64,000 nt of DNA from Candidatus Iainarchaeum sp. (GCA_018304425.1 JAGVWE010000002.1:128001-192000), one strand, 5' to 3'. Counted from the stretch's first letter, positions 27,928 to 38,389 are shown. Numbers and translations are program-made. The notes: a model not told the origin generated them from the letters alone.

Positions 27928-30600
27928 ATGCCCGCGAACTGGTATTCATTGGATGCCGCACAGGCCTTGCGGGAACTGGGTTCCCAGGAGAAGGGGTTGA
28001 GCGAGGCCGAGGCCGTGGAGCGCCTCCAGAAGTTTGGCTATAACCGGCTGGCGGCTGGCAAGCGCACCACGGCCCTGGAAATGTTCGTGGCCCAGTTCAA
28101 TAACTTCCTGGTCTTAATCCTGATTGCGGCCGGCGGGGTGTCCTTTTTCTTGGGCGATGAAGTGGACGCCATCGCCATTTTCGCCATCGTGGTGTTGAAC
28201 GCGGTGTTCGGGTTCGTGCAGGAGTTCAAGGCCGAGAAGGCCATGGAGGCCTTGAAGAAGATGACGGCCTTGCACGCCAAGGTCGTGCGGGACGGGATTC
28301 CCCGGGAAATCGATGCCGCCGAGCTGGTGCCGGGAGACCTGGTGTTGTTGGATGAGGGTTCCAAGTTTCCGGCTGATTTGCGCTTGATTGAATCGGTTAA
28401 CCTCAAAGTGGATGAAGCGCTGTTGACCGGGGAAAGCAACCCCGTGACCAAGACCGCGGAGTCCCTGGACGGAAAGAGAGTGCTGGCCGACCAGAAGAAC
28501 ATGGGGTTCATGAACACGATTGTTACGTATGGCCGCGGGAAGGGGCTGGTCATTGGCACGGGCATGCAGACCGAGTTCGGGAAAATCGCGGGCATCATCA
28601 AGGAAATAGAGGAAGAGGACACGCCCCTGAAGAAGAAGCTGAATGGGCTCGCCAAGCAACTGGGCTGGGGAACCATGGCCATCATCGCGGTGTTGTTCGC
28701 CATCGGCTTGTTCGAGGGCCGGCCGTGGCTGGAGATGTTCATCACCTCGGTTTCGCTGGGGGTTGCCGCCATCCCGGAAGGCCTGCCGGCCGTGATAACG
28801 ATTACGCTGGCCTTGGGCGTGCAGCAGATGGCGAAAGCCAATGCCCTCGTGCGGAGGATGCCGGCCGTGGAGGCGCTGGGCTCTGCGACCGTGATTTGCT
28901 CGGACAAGACGGGGACGCTGACGCGGAACGAGATGGTCGCGGAAAGGGTGTACGTCAACGGCCGGATGCTGGAAGTCAGCGGCACGGGCTATGAGCCGGA
29001 GGGAAAACTGTTGTTTGAAGGCAGGGAAGTCAGGCTGGGAGAGGACCGCGAGCTCACCGGCTTGCTGGAGGCCGCCAACAACTGCAATGACGCCTCGATT
29101 GCGGGCACGAATGGAACCATCAGCGCGGTGGGCGACCCCACGGAACTCGCCTTGATTGCGTTGGCGCGCAAGGGCGGCGCGAAGGAAAAGATGTCCCGCT
29201 TGGACGAGGTTCCCTTTTCCTCGGAACGAAAAATGATGACCACCGTGCACGCCGTGAACGGGAAGACCCTGGCCTACAGCAAGGGCGCCTTGGAGCGGAT
29301 GCTGGAGGCCTGTGACCGCGTCAGCGAGCGGGGAAGCGTGAAGCCATTGACCGCGGAGAAGAGGCAGGCCCTCACCCTGGTCGGCAACCAACTGGCGGAA
29401 CAGGCCTACCGCGTGCTGGGCCTGGCGTTCAAGGAATTGGACCAGGGCACGGGCAGCGAAGCCTATGAAAGGGGCCTGGTCTTCCTAGGCTTGGTGGGGT
29501 TGCGGGATCCGCCCCGCGAGGAAGTCGTGGAAGCCATTGCCTTGTGCCATAGTGCGGGCATCAAGGTGAAAATCATCACGGGCGACAACGCGTTGACCGC
29601 GAAAGCCATCGGGGAAAAGATTGGCTTGCCCTCACCCCAGGTGTTCACGGGCAACGACCTGGATGCCTTGGACGAGCAGGGCTTCCGGGAAGCCGTGAAA
29701 GCGGCCAGCATCTTTGCACGCGTGAACCCCGAGCACAAGTTCAGGATCGTGAAGGCCTTGAAGGAAATGGGGGAAATCGTGGCGGTCACGGGAGATGGGG
29801 TCAACGATGCCCCGGCCTTGAAGCAGTCGGACATCGGCATTGCCATGGGCATCAAGGGAACCGACGTGACGAAAGAGGCATCCGATATCGTGTTGCGCGA
29901 CGACAACTTTGCCACCATCGTGAAGGCCGTGAAAGAGGGGCGAAGGATTTACGCCAACATCCGTTCGTTCATCCGCTACCTTTTGGCGGCCAACATCACC
30001 GAGGTCTTGATTGTCGCGATTGCCACGACGGCCGCGCTGCCGCTGCCATTGAGCGCCATCCAGCTGCTGTGGATCAACCTGGTCACGGATGGCTTGCCGG
30101 CGCTGGCCCTGGGCGTGGAACCCGCCGAGCAGGACCTCATGCGGAGGAAGCCAGCCAACCCCAGGGCCAAGGTACTGCATGGCATGCTGCCCTTCATCGC
30201 CATCAGCGGCTTGCTGGGCACCGTGGCCGCCCTCGTGGGGTACGGGGAAGGCCTGGGGTTGCTGGGCCTGGGTTCGGGCCACGAGGGAGTCGAAAAAGCG
30301 CGGACCGTGGTGTTCACCATCGTGGTAATCTACGAGATGTTCCTGGTGTTCAACGCCCGCGGCGACGTGAAATCCATTTTCGAACTGCACCCCTTCTCCA
30401 ACAAGTGGCTGATGGCAGGGGTCGCGAGCGCGATTGGCTTGCAGTTCCTGGTCATCTACCATCCCCTGCTGCAGCCGTTCTTCAAGTCGGTGCCGCTTGA
30501 CTTGGAGGACTGGGGGGTCATCCTGGCCTGCTCGGCGCTGGCGTTCACCGTGCCGTACTTGAACCGGGGCTGGCGAAAGCTGCGGCATGGAAAGAAATAA
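27928..30600 (+). CDS. Cation (Ca2+-type, P2A) transporting P-type ATPase
   Basis: LTGES, IPEGLP, CSDKTGTLT, TGDGVNDAP, LWINLVTDGLPA. Confidence 0.95.
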   Translation: MPANWYSLDAAQALRELGSQEKGLSEAEAVERLQKFGYNRLAAGKRTTALEMFVAQFNNFLVLILIAAGGVSFFLGDEVDAIAIFAIVVLNAVFGFVQEFKAEKAMEALKKMTALHAKVVRDGIPREIDAAELVPGDLVLLDEGSKFPADLRLIESVNLKVDEALLTGESNPVTKTAESLDGKRVLADQKNMGFMNTIVTYGRGKGLVIGTGMQTEFGKIAGIIKEIEEEDTPLKKKLNGLAKQLGWGTMAIIAVLFAIGLFEGRPWLEMFITSVSLGVAAIPEGLPAVITITLALGVQQMAKANALVRRMPAVEALGSATVICSDKTGTLTRNEMVAERVYVNGRMLEVSGTGYEPEGKLLFEGREVRLGEDRELTGLLEAANNCNDASIAGTNGTISAVGDPTELALIALARKGGAKEKMSRLDEVPFSSERKMMTTVHAVNGKTLAYSKGALERMLEACDRVSERGSVKPLTAEKRQALTLVGNQLAEQAYRVLGLAFKELDQGTGSEAYERGLVFLGLVGLRDPPREEVVEAIALCHSAGIKVKIITGDNALTAKAIGEKIGLPSPQVFTGNDLDALDEQGFREAVKAASIFARVNPEHKFRIVKALKEMGEIVAVTGDGVNDAPALKQSDIGIAMGIKGTDVTKEASDIVLRDDNFATIVKAVKEGRRIYANIRSFIRYLLAANITEVLIVAIATTAALPLPLSAIQLLWINLVTDGLPALALGVEPAEQDLMRRKPANPRAKVLHGMLPFIAISGLLGTVAALVGYGEGLGLLGLGSGHEGVEKARTVVFTIVVIYEMFLVFNARGDVKSIFELHPFSNKWLMAGVASAIGLQFLVIYHPLLQPFFKSVPLDLEDWGVILACSALAFTVPYLNRGWRKLRHGKK

Positions 30601-30617
30601 GGGCAAAAAAAGAGGAA

Positions 30618-31327
30618 TTACTGGCCACTGCTTTGGCGGCCTTTCCGCCTTCTGCGCAAAGCAGCGGCACCTGCGGCAGCCAAGCCAAGCCCAACGAGAT
30701 TCCCGGCAGCGGCTCCGGCAGCGCCTCCCACGTTACGAAAGCCGCGGGCCTGATCGGTTTCGGCCCTGCGATGCCAGTCCCTCGACAGCTGTGCGGTCTC
30801 ATCGGCCCATCGAATTGCCGGGTCGGCTTGCTCTACCCGCCTTATTTCCGCGTCCAGCCACAACCGCAAAGCATCCACGGGCCGCATCGTTCTATGGAAG
30901 GATTCAAGGTATTTCCCTGGATCGATTCCACGCGCACGCATGGCCTCATTTATTTTACGCTCAGTCCAGTCCTTGATTTCTCTATCCTGCCACTCCATCC
31001 GGATTCGATTCAACTTGGCCCATTCCGGGTTAGCGTTTCTGGCCCTCCCGGCCTCCTCACTTGTAACCCCCGCGGATCTGAATGCATGAAGTACGGGTTC
31101 CGTGGCAAGACGCTGGGAAGCATGTTTTCCTGCCTCCATTCCCCCACAGCACCCAAGAGACTCCCCATGGCGGCAGCCCCAACCAATGCCGCTGCCGCGC
31201 GTCCGCTGGCCGCGCGACGGGAACTGCGGGCCCGGCCGCTGAGCGACCTTGTCGCCGTCCTCACTCCTCTTCCAACGGCACTCACGGCTCTGCGCATGGA
31301 ACCGGGTCTCTTAGATGATGCACGCAT
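30618..31327 (-). pseudogene. Arg-rich orphan with two Gly/Ala-rich hydrophobic segments, split by a frameshift at a G5 run (~31141-31145)
   Basis: ORFs 31010..31327 and 30618..31139 fuse into a 236-aa protein if one G is added; TATATATA ~25 nt upstream of ATG 31327. Confidence 0.6.
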
Positions 31328-31451
31328 GATAAAGAATTAGCCTTTCCCCTATATATAGCTTTTGCCCTGCAAGGAGCGGGATTCAGGTCACGAAAGCCGG
31401 GCACCGCAAGCACATCTACGAGCGGTAACCCTGCAAGGCGAGTTGGTTGCT

Positions 31452-31739
31452 TTAAAGGACGGCCAGCTTGCCTCTTTTGCCGGCGCTGACCTGGATTTTT
31501 CCCTTGTAAGCCGTGCACCAGCCCTCGGTTATCCGGATTTTGTTGCCTTCCTTGACCAGCCCGGTATCGTCGCCCCAGAGGCTCACGCTTACTTCCTGGC
31601 CTTCCGAGTCCTTGCCGGCCGCGTTGGCCACGGTGCCTTCGCCTCGCTCGGTGGCGAACCGCCTTGGTTCCCCAACCGTGGTAATCTCGAGTTCCATTTC
31701 CGGGATCGGCGTATTGGGCTTCAATTCCTTTACCAGCAT
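31452..31739 (-). CDS. Single OB-fold ssDNA-binding protein (SSB/RPA)
   Basis: VKELKP, EPRRF, VANA..KDSEG..SLWG, GWCTAYKGKIQVSAGKRG. Confidence 0.85.
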   Translation of the reverse strand: MLVKELKPNTPIPEMELEITTVGEPRRFATERGEGTVANAAGKDSEGQEVSVSLWGDDTGLVKEGNKIRITEGWCTAYKGKIQVSAGKRGKLAVL

Positions 31740-31822
31740 TCACATCACTCCAAAACAGCGTTGAAAAAACAATTTACTGATTCTGGGTGGGAAAAATATA
31801 AAAACAAGGGGGTCAACGGCTT

Positions 31823-34800
31823 TCACTTGCGTTCCAAGGTGAACTCCAGCTGCAACGGCCCCGGGGGGGTCTTGGACTCCAAGGCAAACAGTTCCTCGGG
31901 CATGAAGCTGTTGGGTCTGAGCGTGGACGAGAGGTCTATGACGAGGGGCGAGCGTTCTTCCTGCAGGATGCCGCTTAACTCGGTTTCGCCAGCCCAACCA
32001 AAGCCAAAGCGCAAGTCGTTTCCCTCCAGGGGAAGAAAGCCCCGCCAACGCGCGTTCCGGCCAAAGACGTCCAGCAAGGGCTTGAACTCGGTTTTGCCGT
32101 CCGCGGACTTGACGAGCAGCCGCGCTTCCCTGACTCCCTTGAAGACGGAAAGGTCAGGCAGGGACTGGCCCAGGTTCTGCAGGGGAATGGTGGACTCGCC
32201 GTTGTAGAGGAACAACCGGTGGTCCAAGGCAACGAAGTCCATGGAGACATCGGCCGGACAGGCCCTGGAAAGCGGCAACACCACCGGTTTTTCCTCGATG
32301 GGTTGGCCGTTGGCCCAGGTATTTTTGGCTGGCGGTTGGCCTGGTTTTTGGGACCTGAAGAACACGAAAAAGTTCTTGTGCACCTCGTCGGCCAGGGTCT
32401 GCGCAGAGCGAACGAGGGCCGGCTGGCTGGCCGGGGCCTTGCTTAAGAGTTCGGTCACGCGGCTGGGCGAGGTTTTCACGTACAGGCTGGAGAAGTCCAG
32501 CCGCGGGTAAACACATAGTTCGTCCAGGGTGGGCGGTTCCTTGGAGGAAAGAGTCATGGGCAAGAAGAACTGCTTGTAAACCGAGCGAGCCATTGCGCCG
32601 ACCGCGTAATAGCCTGCGCGGAGGTTGGCGGCCTCTTCCCGGGTGAGCTTGAAGCTCTTTCTGGCGAACGCGTTTTCAAGGCTGGGCCGCGGCAGCCAAA
32701 CCGTCAACCGGTCGCCTTGCAGCGAGTACCGGGGTTGCTCGGCAGGGGTTACCGGCGGGGAAGGCATGCCGGTGCGGGGGTTGCCATACAAAATCCACTG
32801 CGATTCAATCCATTGCTTGCGGTAGCGCTCGGCGTCGTCGGCTGAAAACCGGTGGGAGTCAAAGGGCTCGTTGGGCAAGGGCGGCCTCGCGTATTGCCCC
32901 ACGGCGTTGAAGACCGTGAACTCCTGGGCGCCCAGGTAGTCGCTGGCAAAGCGGCCGAAAGGATAACCTGCCCCTGCATTGAAGAGGGCTGGCACCACTG
33001 GAACGCAGGACTCATAGCAGCCGAAGAAGTTGGCCAAGCCCTTTTGAAGGGCAACCTTGCCGAAGTCGTGGGCGGTCAGGCAGGCCTCGCAAAAGAACTG
33101 GCTATTGGAGGGGAACTCTGACAACTCGTCTTGGAGGAACGTCTTGCACGCCTTTTCGTCCATCTTTTGGCCGGGCACCGGCGTCGCGAACCCGCAGGTG
33201 TTGCCGTGGCTGTTCAGCAACGCGAACTGCGTGTTTTCCAGCAAGGGCCTCACCCATGCAGGGTCATAGTAGACGTTGACGGGCGCGGTTTGATTGGTTC
33301 GACGGGCCTGGCCTGCGAACTGCTGGTTTTCCAAGAGCATGGGTTCGAGGCCCGAGAACTGGAAGGCGGCTTCGATTTGCCCGCGGGTGATGGCTTGCAG
33401 GTCGGTTGAGCGATAGGTTTCGTCGGGCCACACCACGAAGGCATAGGAGAGATAGTTTTCGCTGCCGGGTTTCCGGTAGTCCGGGTCCCAGGGCAGGGCA
33501 TAGTAGTAGGCCATGTAGTTCCGGATTTTTTCGGCGTCGTCGAAGGGAAGCCTTCCCACCGCGAGTTCCTCGTCCGCCGAGTCATCGAGGTTCGCGAAGA
33601 AGTGGTCCAACACGAGTTTGCCGGGTGCAAAGAGTGGCTTGCCGCCATCCCTGGATTTTGCCTGCGCTTTCAAGGGGTCCAAGGGGATGACTCCCGTGGA
33701 GTCCAGGATGGGAATCGAGGACTCGTCTCCAACGATGAAGAGGTAACGGAGGGGCTGCTCACTTGGGTTGCCGTCGTTCAAGCCCATCAAGGTCCGGCGG
33801 ACGATCTGCAATCCATAGGCGGTGGAAAAGTTTTGGGCCACGGCTTCCGAGGAGTACCAGCCCTCTCGGCGCGCGATTTCCTGCGCGGCCGCTTTGGCCT
33901 CCCAGGACAGGGCGGAGGAGAACAGGACCACGCCGGGCTGGTTGCGGATGACGCGCACGTCAAAGGTTTTGTTGCTGGCCCCGGAAGTCCAGTGGAAGGG
34001 CAGGGTCACGCGGAAAACATCTTCGGGCAGGGCCTTGAAAGAAGAAAACGAGTCCAAGAACTTCGAGTAATCGGTTGTTACCTTGAGCCGGACCTTTCCC
34101 GCGTCGGGGTCTTCAATGGTCGCCTGCATGGAGAGGACTTCGCCGCGGCGGTTGCCCGGAGACCTTGCATCCAGGCCCCTGAATTGGACCAGTAAAGGGT
34201 CCGCCGAAGTCAGGGTGAGTTCGTTGGCTTTCTGGTTGCGCACTCCAAAAGCGAGTTTCTTGTCCTTGCCCGGGGGGATGATGTACGTGCGTTCGAACAC
34301 GGCCACGGGCTTGCGGGGCGTGACCCCGACGAGAATTTCCCGTAACCCGGTTTCGGCTTCCTTCAAGGCAGGAGGAACGCTTTTCGTGAAAACGAGCAGC
34401 AAGGGCTCGCCAATCCTTGAACCGTCCACGCGTTCAATGAAGACCTGGACTTTTCGTTCGCCCTGGAAGTAGAGGGCTTCCAGGTTGGCTTTGGTGAACG
34501 GAAGGGTAACCGGGCCTGGGTTCCAAGCGCTTAACGGGCTCTCCGACCACGGCTTTTCCTCTCCCATGCGGCGGATGACCATCTTTCCCTGGAATGGCTT
34601 GACGTTCGCTGAAACGATCCAACGGAGGAACAAGTCTGCTTCTCCTGCCTCGGACAAGTCAATGGTTGCCTTGGGTTCTCCGAGGAACACGTCCTCGGGA
34701 AGCTCGGCCGGGATTTTCTCGGTGGGGCTGGGCTTTAGCCAGTAGAGATCCTGGACGCCCTGCACGGAAAAGACGGGGCCATTGTCATAGGTTTTCTGGG

Positions 34801-36574
34801 TGCGCTTGTTTTTGACGACAAGCTGGAATTCGCCGTTCCCGAAAAGGCTCAAGAGCACCGCCTTGTTGAGGACGAACGTCGCTTCCGCGCCGGGTTGCAC
34901 CTGGCCACGCAATGAAAGGGGTTGAATGAGTTCCCCCGGCTGGCCGCGCTCACGCCGGTAGAAACCCAGTTCAAAGTCTGCAGGCGAGACATTAAAGCGA
35001 ACCGTGAAGGGCTGGGCAACGCTCTCCGGTTTTGCCGCGTCAACCCATGTTGGGGCAGCGCGCCATTCCACGTCATCCGGCTTTTTCTTGGGACTGTTCC
35101 TCACCTCGAAGGAAGCGCGCCCGGAAAGGTATCTCTGCGTGGTGGCGTTGAAAATCGCGAGTTCATGGGCGCCGTCGAACAACCCCTGCACCGCTTCCCT
35201 GGGGAGGCGGAGTTCACCCGCCCGCATGCCTTGCAGGTCCTGGTCAAGCAACACCTCTCCCTGGGCGTCAAGGATGCGGACATGGACCAGGTCGCCGGCC
35301 GCAGCACCGGCTTTCACTTCAAAGGCAAAGGCCCCGCTTTCCTTGCCCATGGTTTTAAAGTCGATGACGGAAGTCTTTGGCGTCCACTGGACGTCCAACG
35401 CGCTGGGCTCTTCTCCGGGGCCCGGCTTGGGGGGCTGAACCGGCTCCTGGGGGGGCGCGGCCTTGGGGCCTTCCTGGGCGCCGGGTGGAGCAGGCCCCGG
35501 TTCTTGTCCGGCATTGGTTGGGTCGTCGTCGAAGAACAAGAGCGTGAACGGGGAGTCCAGCACTTTGCCTCCTTCCCGGCCCCACACCAGGTAAAAGCGG
35601 TAGGGCTTGTTGACTTCCAAGCGCAGGGTCGGCGTGGCAACGGGTTCCTTTCCATTTCCCCAGAGCACCAGCATGGCTTCGACGAAGGAACCCTTCCGCT
35701 CAAACTGCTTGACGGTTACGGAGAAGTTGTAGGCTTTGCCTTCCCCTCGCTTGGCGTCCATGAAGGGGGAAGCCCATTGAAAGGCAGCGCGTTGCGTGCC
35801 TGGTTGCTGGTCGGCCGGGAGCAAGCCCAAGAACATGGCTTCAGCAGGCGGTGAAGGGGGGCGAGGCATTTGAATGTGGTAGACCATGTTGGTGTAATAT
35901 AATGGGTCCCCGAACCTTGGAACCGGTAGCCCTTCGTCGACGTCAATGGCCATCTTCATGGGTTCGACCACTGCAGGCGCCTTCTCTATCGGCCACTTGT
36001 CAATTTTCCCCACCGGGATTTCGCTTCCATAAAAGGAGTAGTCCTTGAATTGCATCACGCCATGCGGCGGAGTGAACCGCACCCTGCCCTCGAGGGTGTT
36101 CGAGGAATCCAATGCAAAGGGCCCCAGCATGTCCGGCTCCAGCAACGCCTTCAATTCGGCACCCGAAAGAGTCACGCGACCCGAGCGCGCGCCGCCAAAA
36201 TGGTAACTCGCCAAAACACGCTCGCCAAATCCCAGGCGCTTGTGCGCATACTCCAGGTTGAACACCAGGTCATCCGCTGCCGCATTCTTGAGCCTGAACT
36301 CGAAGTCGTACTTCGCCTGCCCGCTGAAGTCATCGATGCGTTTCGGGTACTTCACCCATTCCACGACTGGCTCGGGGGGAACGGGAACCGGGGGCGGCGC
36401 CTGCTGGGGGAAGAAGCCGGCCAACACGTTTTGGATGGCAAACAACACCCCGGAAAACGGGCTCAACGGTTGAACCGTGATGCCAGGCGAGGGTGCGCCG
36501 GCGGCCAAGGGCACGACCAGGAGCAAAACCAACCAGGAGGCCCATAGCTTGGCCCTACCGCCCTGCAAAGCCAT
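31823..36574 (-). CDS. Large secreted protein with a gingipain/C25-like cysteine peptidase domain
   Basis: Signal peptide; YLFIVGD...IP, DHFFANLD....ELAVGRLP, NSHG, EACLT, ILYGNP in the order found in C25 peptidases. Confidence 0.75.
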   Translation of the reverse strand: MALQGGRAKLWASWLVLLLVVPLAAGAPSPGITVQPLSPFSGVLFAIQNVLAGFFPQQAPPPVPVPPEPVVEWVKYPKRIDDFSGQAKYDFEFRLKNAAADDLVFNLEYAHKRLGFGERVLASYHFGGARSGRVTLSGAELKALLEPDMLGPFALDSSNTLEGRVRFTPPHGVMQFKDYSFYGSEIPVGKIDKWPIEKAPAVVEPMKMAIDVDEGLPVPRFGDPLYYTNMVYHIQMPRPPSPPAEAMFLGLLPADQQPGTQRAAFQWASPFMDAKRGEGKAYNFSVTVKQFERKGSFVEAMLVLWGNGKEPVATPTLRLEVNKPYRFYLVWGREGGKVLDSPFTLLFFDDDPTNAGQEPGPAPPGAQEGPKAAPPQEPVQPPKPGPGEEPSALDVQWTPKTSVIDFKTMGKESGAFAFEVKAGAAAGDLVHVRILDAQGEVLLDQDLQGMRAGELRLPREAVQGLFDGAHELAIFNATTQRYLSGRASFEVRNSPKKKPDDVEWRAAPTWVDAAKPESVAQPFTVRFNVSPADFELGFYRRERGQPGELIQPLSLRGQVQPGAEATFVLNKAVLLSLFGNGEFQLVVKNKRTQKTYDNGPVFSVQGVQDLYWLKPSPTEKIPAELPEDVFLGEPKATIDLSEAGEADLFLRWIVSANVKPFQGKMVIRRMGEEKPWSESPLSAWNPGPVTLPFTKANLEALYFQGERKVQVFIERVDGSRIGEPLLLVFTKSVPPALKEAETGLREILVGVTPRKPVAVFERTYIIPPGKDKKLAFGVRNQKANELTLTSADPLLVQFRGLDARSPGNRRGEVLSMQATIEDPDAGKVRLKVTTDYSKFLDSFSSFKALPEDVFRVTLPFHWTSGASNKTFDVRVIRNQPGVVLFSSALSWEAKAAAQEIARREGWYSSEAVAQNFSTAYGLQIVRRTLMGLNDGNPSEQPLRYLFIVGDESSIPILDSTGVIPLDPLKAQAKSRDGGKPLFAPGKLVLDHFFANLDDSADEELAVGRLPFDDAEKIRNYMAYYYALPWDPDYRKPGSENYLSYAFVVWPDETYRSTDLQAITRGQIEAAFQFSGLEPMLLENQQFAGQARRTNQTAPVNVYYDPAWVRPLLENTQFALLNSHGNTCGFATPVPGQKMDEKACKTFLQDELSEFPSNSQFFCEACLTAHDFGKVALQKGLANFFGCYESCVPVVPALFNAGAGYPFGRFASDYLGAQEFTVFNAVGQYARPPLPNEPFDSHRFSADDAERYRKQWIESQWILYGNPRTGMPSPPVTPAEQPRYSLQGDRLTVWLPRPSLENAFARKSFKLTREEAANLRAGYYAVGAMARSVYKQFFLPMTLSSKEPPTLDELCVYPRLDFSSLYVKTSPSRVTELLSKAPASQPALVRSAQTLADEVHKNFFVFFRSQKPGQPPAKNTWANGQPIEEKPVVLPLSRACPADVSMDFVALDHRLFLYNGESTIPLQNLGQSLPDLSVFKGVREARLLVKSADGKTEFKPLLDVFGRNARWRGFLPLEGNDLRFGFGWAGETELSGILQEERSPLVIDLSSTLRPNSFMPEELFALESKTPPGPLQLEFTLERK

Positions 36575-36604
36575 AATAGAATTGTTGGGTGGGACTATAA
36601 ATAG

Positions 36605-37645
36605 TTATGGTTTGGGGGGTTTTGCCTTGGCTTCCCTGGCTGCCTGGAGCATCTCCCGCTTGTAGTAGGTCAGCGGGTGCTTGACGCCACAGGAGGGCAG
36701 CGGGCAGAAGCCGTGGGCCTTGACCTTCTCGCAGTTGGGCGGCGAGTACTTGGTGCCGCCCTTTTGGCCGGCCAGGCGCTCGACCTGGTAACGGGTCACG
36801 CGCTCGTCGTAGTCGGGGGCGTGCTTGAACAAGTCCATGACGGCTTGCGCGGGCAAGCCAATCGCGAGGAGGAAGGTCGCGATGTCGAAGCGGCCGAAGT
36901 GCGGGACATCGACCCCGGAGAGGAGCTGGGAGTAGAGGTTGGCCATGCAGGGCGGGAATAAGCTTGGGTTGATTGTTCCCAGGGAACCTGCGCCGAATTC
37001 CGGGCCCGCGAACTTGAAGCGCGCGGTATCGAGTTGCGCGAGCAAGGCCTTGGCTTCTGCTTTGAGCTTGGCCGGAACGCCGTCAACGGAGACGGGGAGC
37101 GAGGCCAGGAGCTGCGTGAACGCGAGCCGGGACAGCAGGCGCGCGAAGTCGTTGCGCGTCAGGTAAATGACGCCCTTGGCGATGCGTTGGTTGGAGAGCT
37201 TCATGAAGTCCTCGGAGAAAGTCGTCTTCAGGTAATCGAACAAGGCGAGGCAGGCAAAGAAGGCCTTGCTCTCCGGGAGGCTGTACTTGACGTTGAACTC
37301 GGAGGCCAGGTCGAGCAGGGCCTCGTCGCGTTCGGCTTTGAGGGCCGAAAAATAGGTGTCGGAAAACGTTTTCGCGAACCGCTGATAGAACTCCTGGCGG
37401 TTCATCAACGAGACCAGGATTTTGGCGACGGGAAAGGCGAGGACTTCGGTGCGGAGAATGCTCTGCGAGTCCCGGATGCTGGGGGCGTACTTTCCCTTGA
37501 TGCAGCCGGCCACCATTTCCCTGGCCCGGACCATCACTTCTTCGGGCAGGTCTTCTAGGCCGAGGTTGGCTTCCTTGACCACGCGCCGGGCCAGCGAAGT
37601 GAACGGATAGCGTTGCGCGAACTGGAGTTCCTGCAGGGAGAGCAT
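36605..37645 (-). CDS. priL: DNA primase large subunit
   Basis: RYPF, FPPCM, HFGRF, PDYDERVTRYQV, YSPPNC..C....C..KHPLTYY Fe-S domain. Confidence 0.93.
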   Translation of the reverse strand: MLSLQELQFAQRYPFTSLARRVVKEANLGLEDLPEEVMVRAREMVAGCIKGKYAPSIRDSQSILRTEVLAFPVAKILVSLMNRQEFYQRFAKTFSDTYFSALKAERDEALLDLASEFNVKYSLPESKAFFACLALFDYLKTTFSEDFMKLSNQRIAKGVIYLTRNDFARLLSRLAFTQLLASLPVSVDGVPAKLKAEAKALLAQLDTARFKFAGPEFGAGSLGTINPSLFPPCMANLYSQLLSGVDVPHFGRFDIATFLLAIGLPAQAVMDLFKHAPDYDERVTRYQVERLAGQKGGTKYSPPNCEKVKAHGFCPLPSCGVKHPLTYYKREMLQAAREAKAKPPKP

Positions 37646-37666
37646 AGGAATGGCTTGATGCGACGC

Positions 37667-38389
37667 CTATAAAATCATATGAGCCAGGTGGAACTGGATG
37701 GGGCACTCGCCTATCTTGTAGGAAACGCGGATCATGGAATCGGTTTTGAGTTCCAGGAGGACCTTTTTCTCGGAGTCGGCTTCCTTGACGATGTTCTGCA
37801 AGAAGTTAAGCGAGTACTTGGCCGTGACCTCGCTGGTGCAGGACACGGAGACCTTCTTCGAACCCCTCGAAACCGCTTTGAGTTGCCCCTGCGAGCCCCG
37901 GGCCTCGATGAAGAACTGGCCGGGCTTGACCTTCAACACCACGGAGGAGCCGAAGAGGCCCGCGTCCTTCAAGGCCTCCTTGAGCATGCGCGCGTTGATT
38001 TCCACGCTGGCCTCGAACTTGGGTTCCGGGAGGTTTATCTCCTCGTCCGAAACATCAATGATGGGCAGGCTGAAGGAACGCGAGAGCTCGTTCTCGAACT
38101 TGAGCGTCAACTCGGAGTCCGTCAACTCCATGAGCAGGCGGTCGTTGGGTTGCGTCCGCGCCATGATTTTCGATAACTCCACCAGGTCCAGGCCGACGAA
38201 GCTGGGTTCAACGTCATACTTGTCAAAGAACTTCTTGTCCATCTCGAAGTTGACCAGGACGACTTGGCTGGGGTCGAGGGCCCTGAACTTGACGCCGGAA
38301 TCGGTGAACCGAAAATTGCCTTCCGCGATGAAAGAGGAAATGGCGTCCACCGAGCTCTTCCAGGAAGCCGAGTTCTTGAGTTCAATCAC
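37667..38389 (-). CDS. pcn: PCNA sliding clamp, divergent paralog
   Basis: ALDPSQVVLV, GLDLVELSKIM, KYSLNFL; ends FHLAHMIL; upstream of priL. Confidence 0.88.
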   Translation of the reverse strand: MIELKNSASWKSSVDAISSFIAEGNFRFTDSGVKFRALDPSQVVLVNFEMDKKFFDKYDVEPSFVGLDLVELSKIMARTQPNDRLLMELTDSELTLKFENELSRSFSLPIIDVSDEEINLPEPKFEASVEINARMLKEALKDAGLFGSSVVLKVKPGQFFIEARGSQGQLKAVSRGSKKVSVSCTSEVTAKYSLNFLQNIVKEADSEKKVLLELKTDSMIRVSYKIGECPIQFHLAHMIL

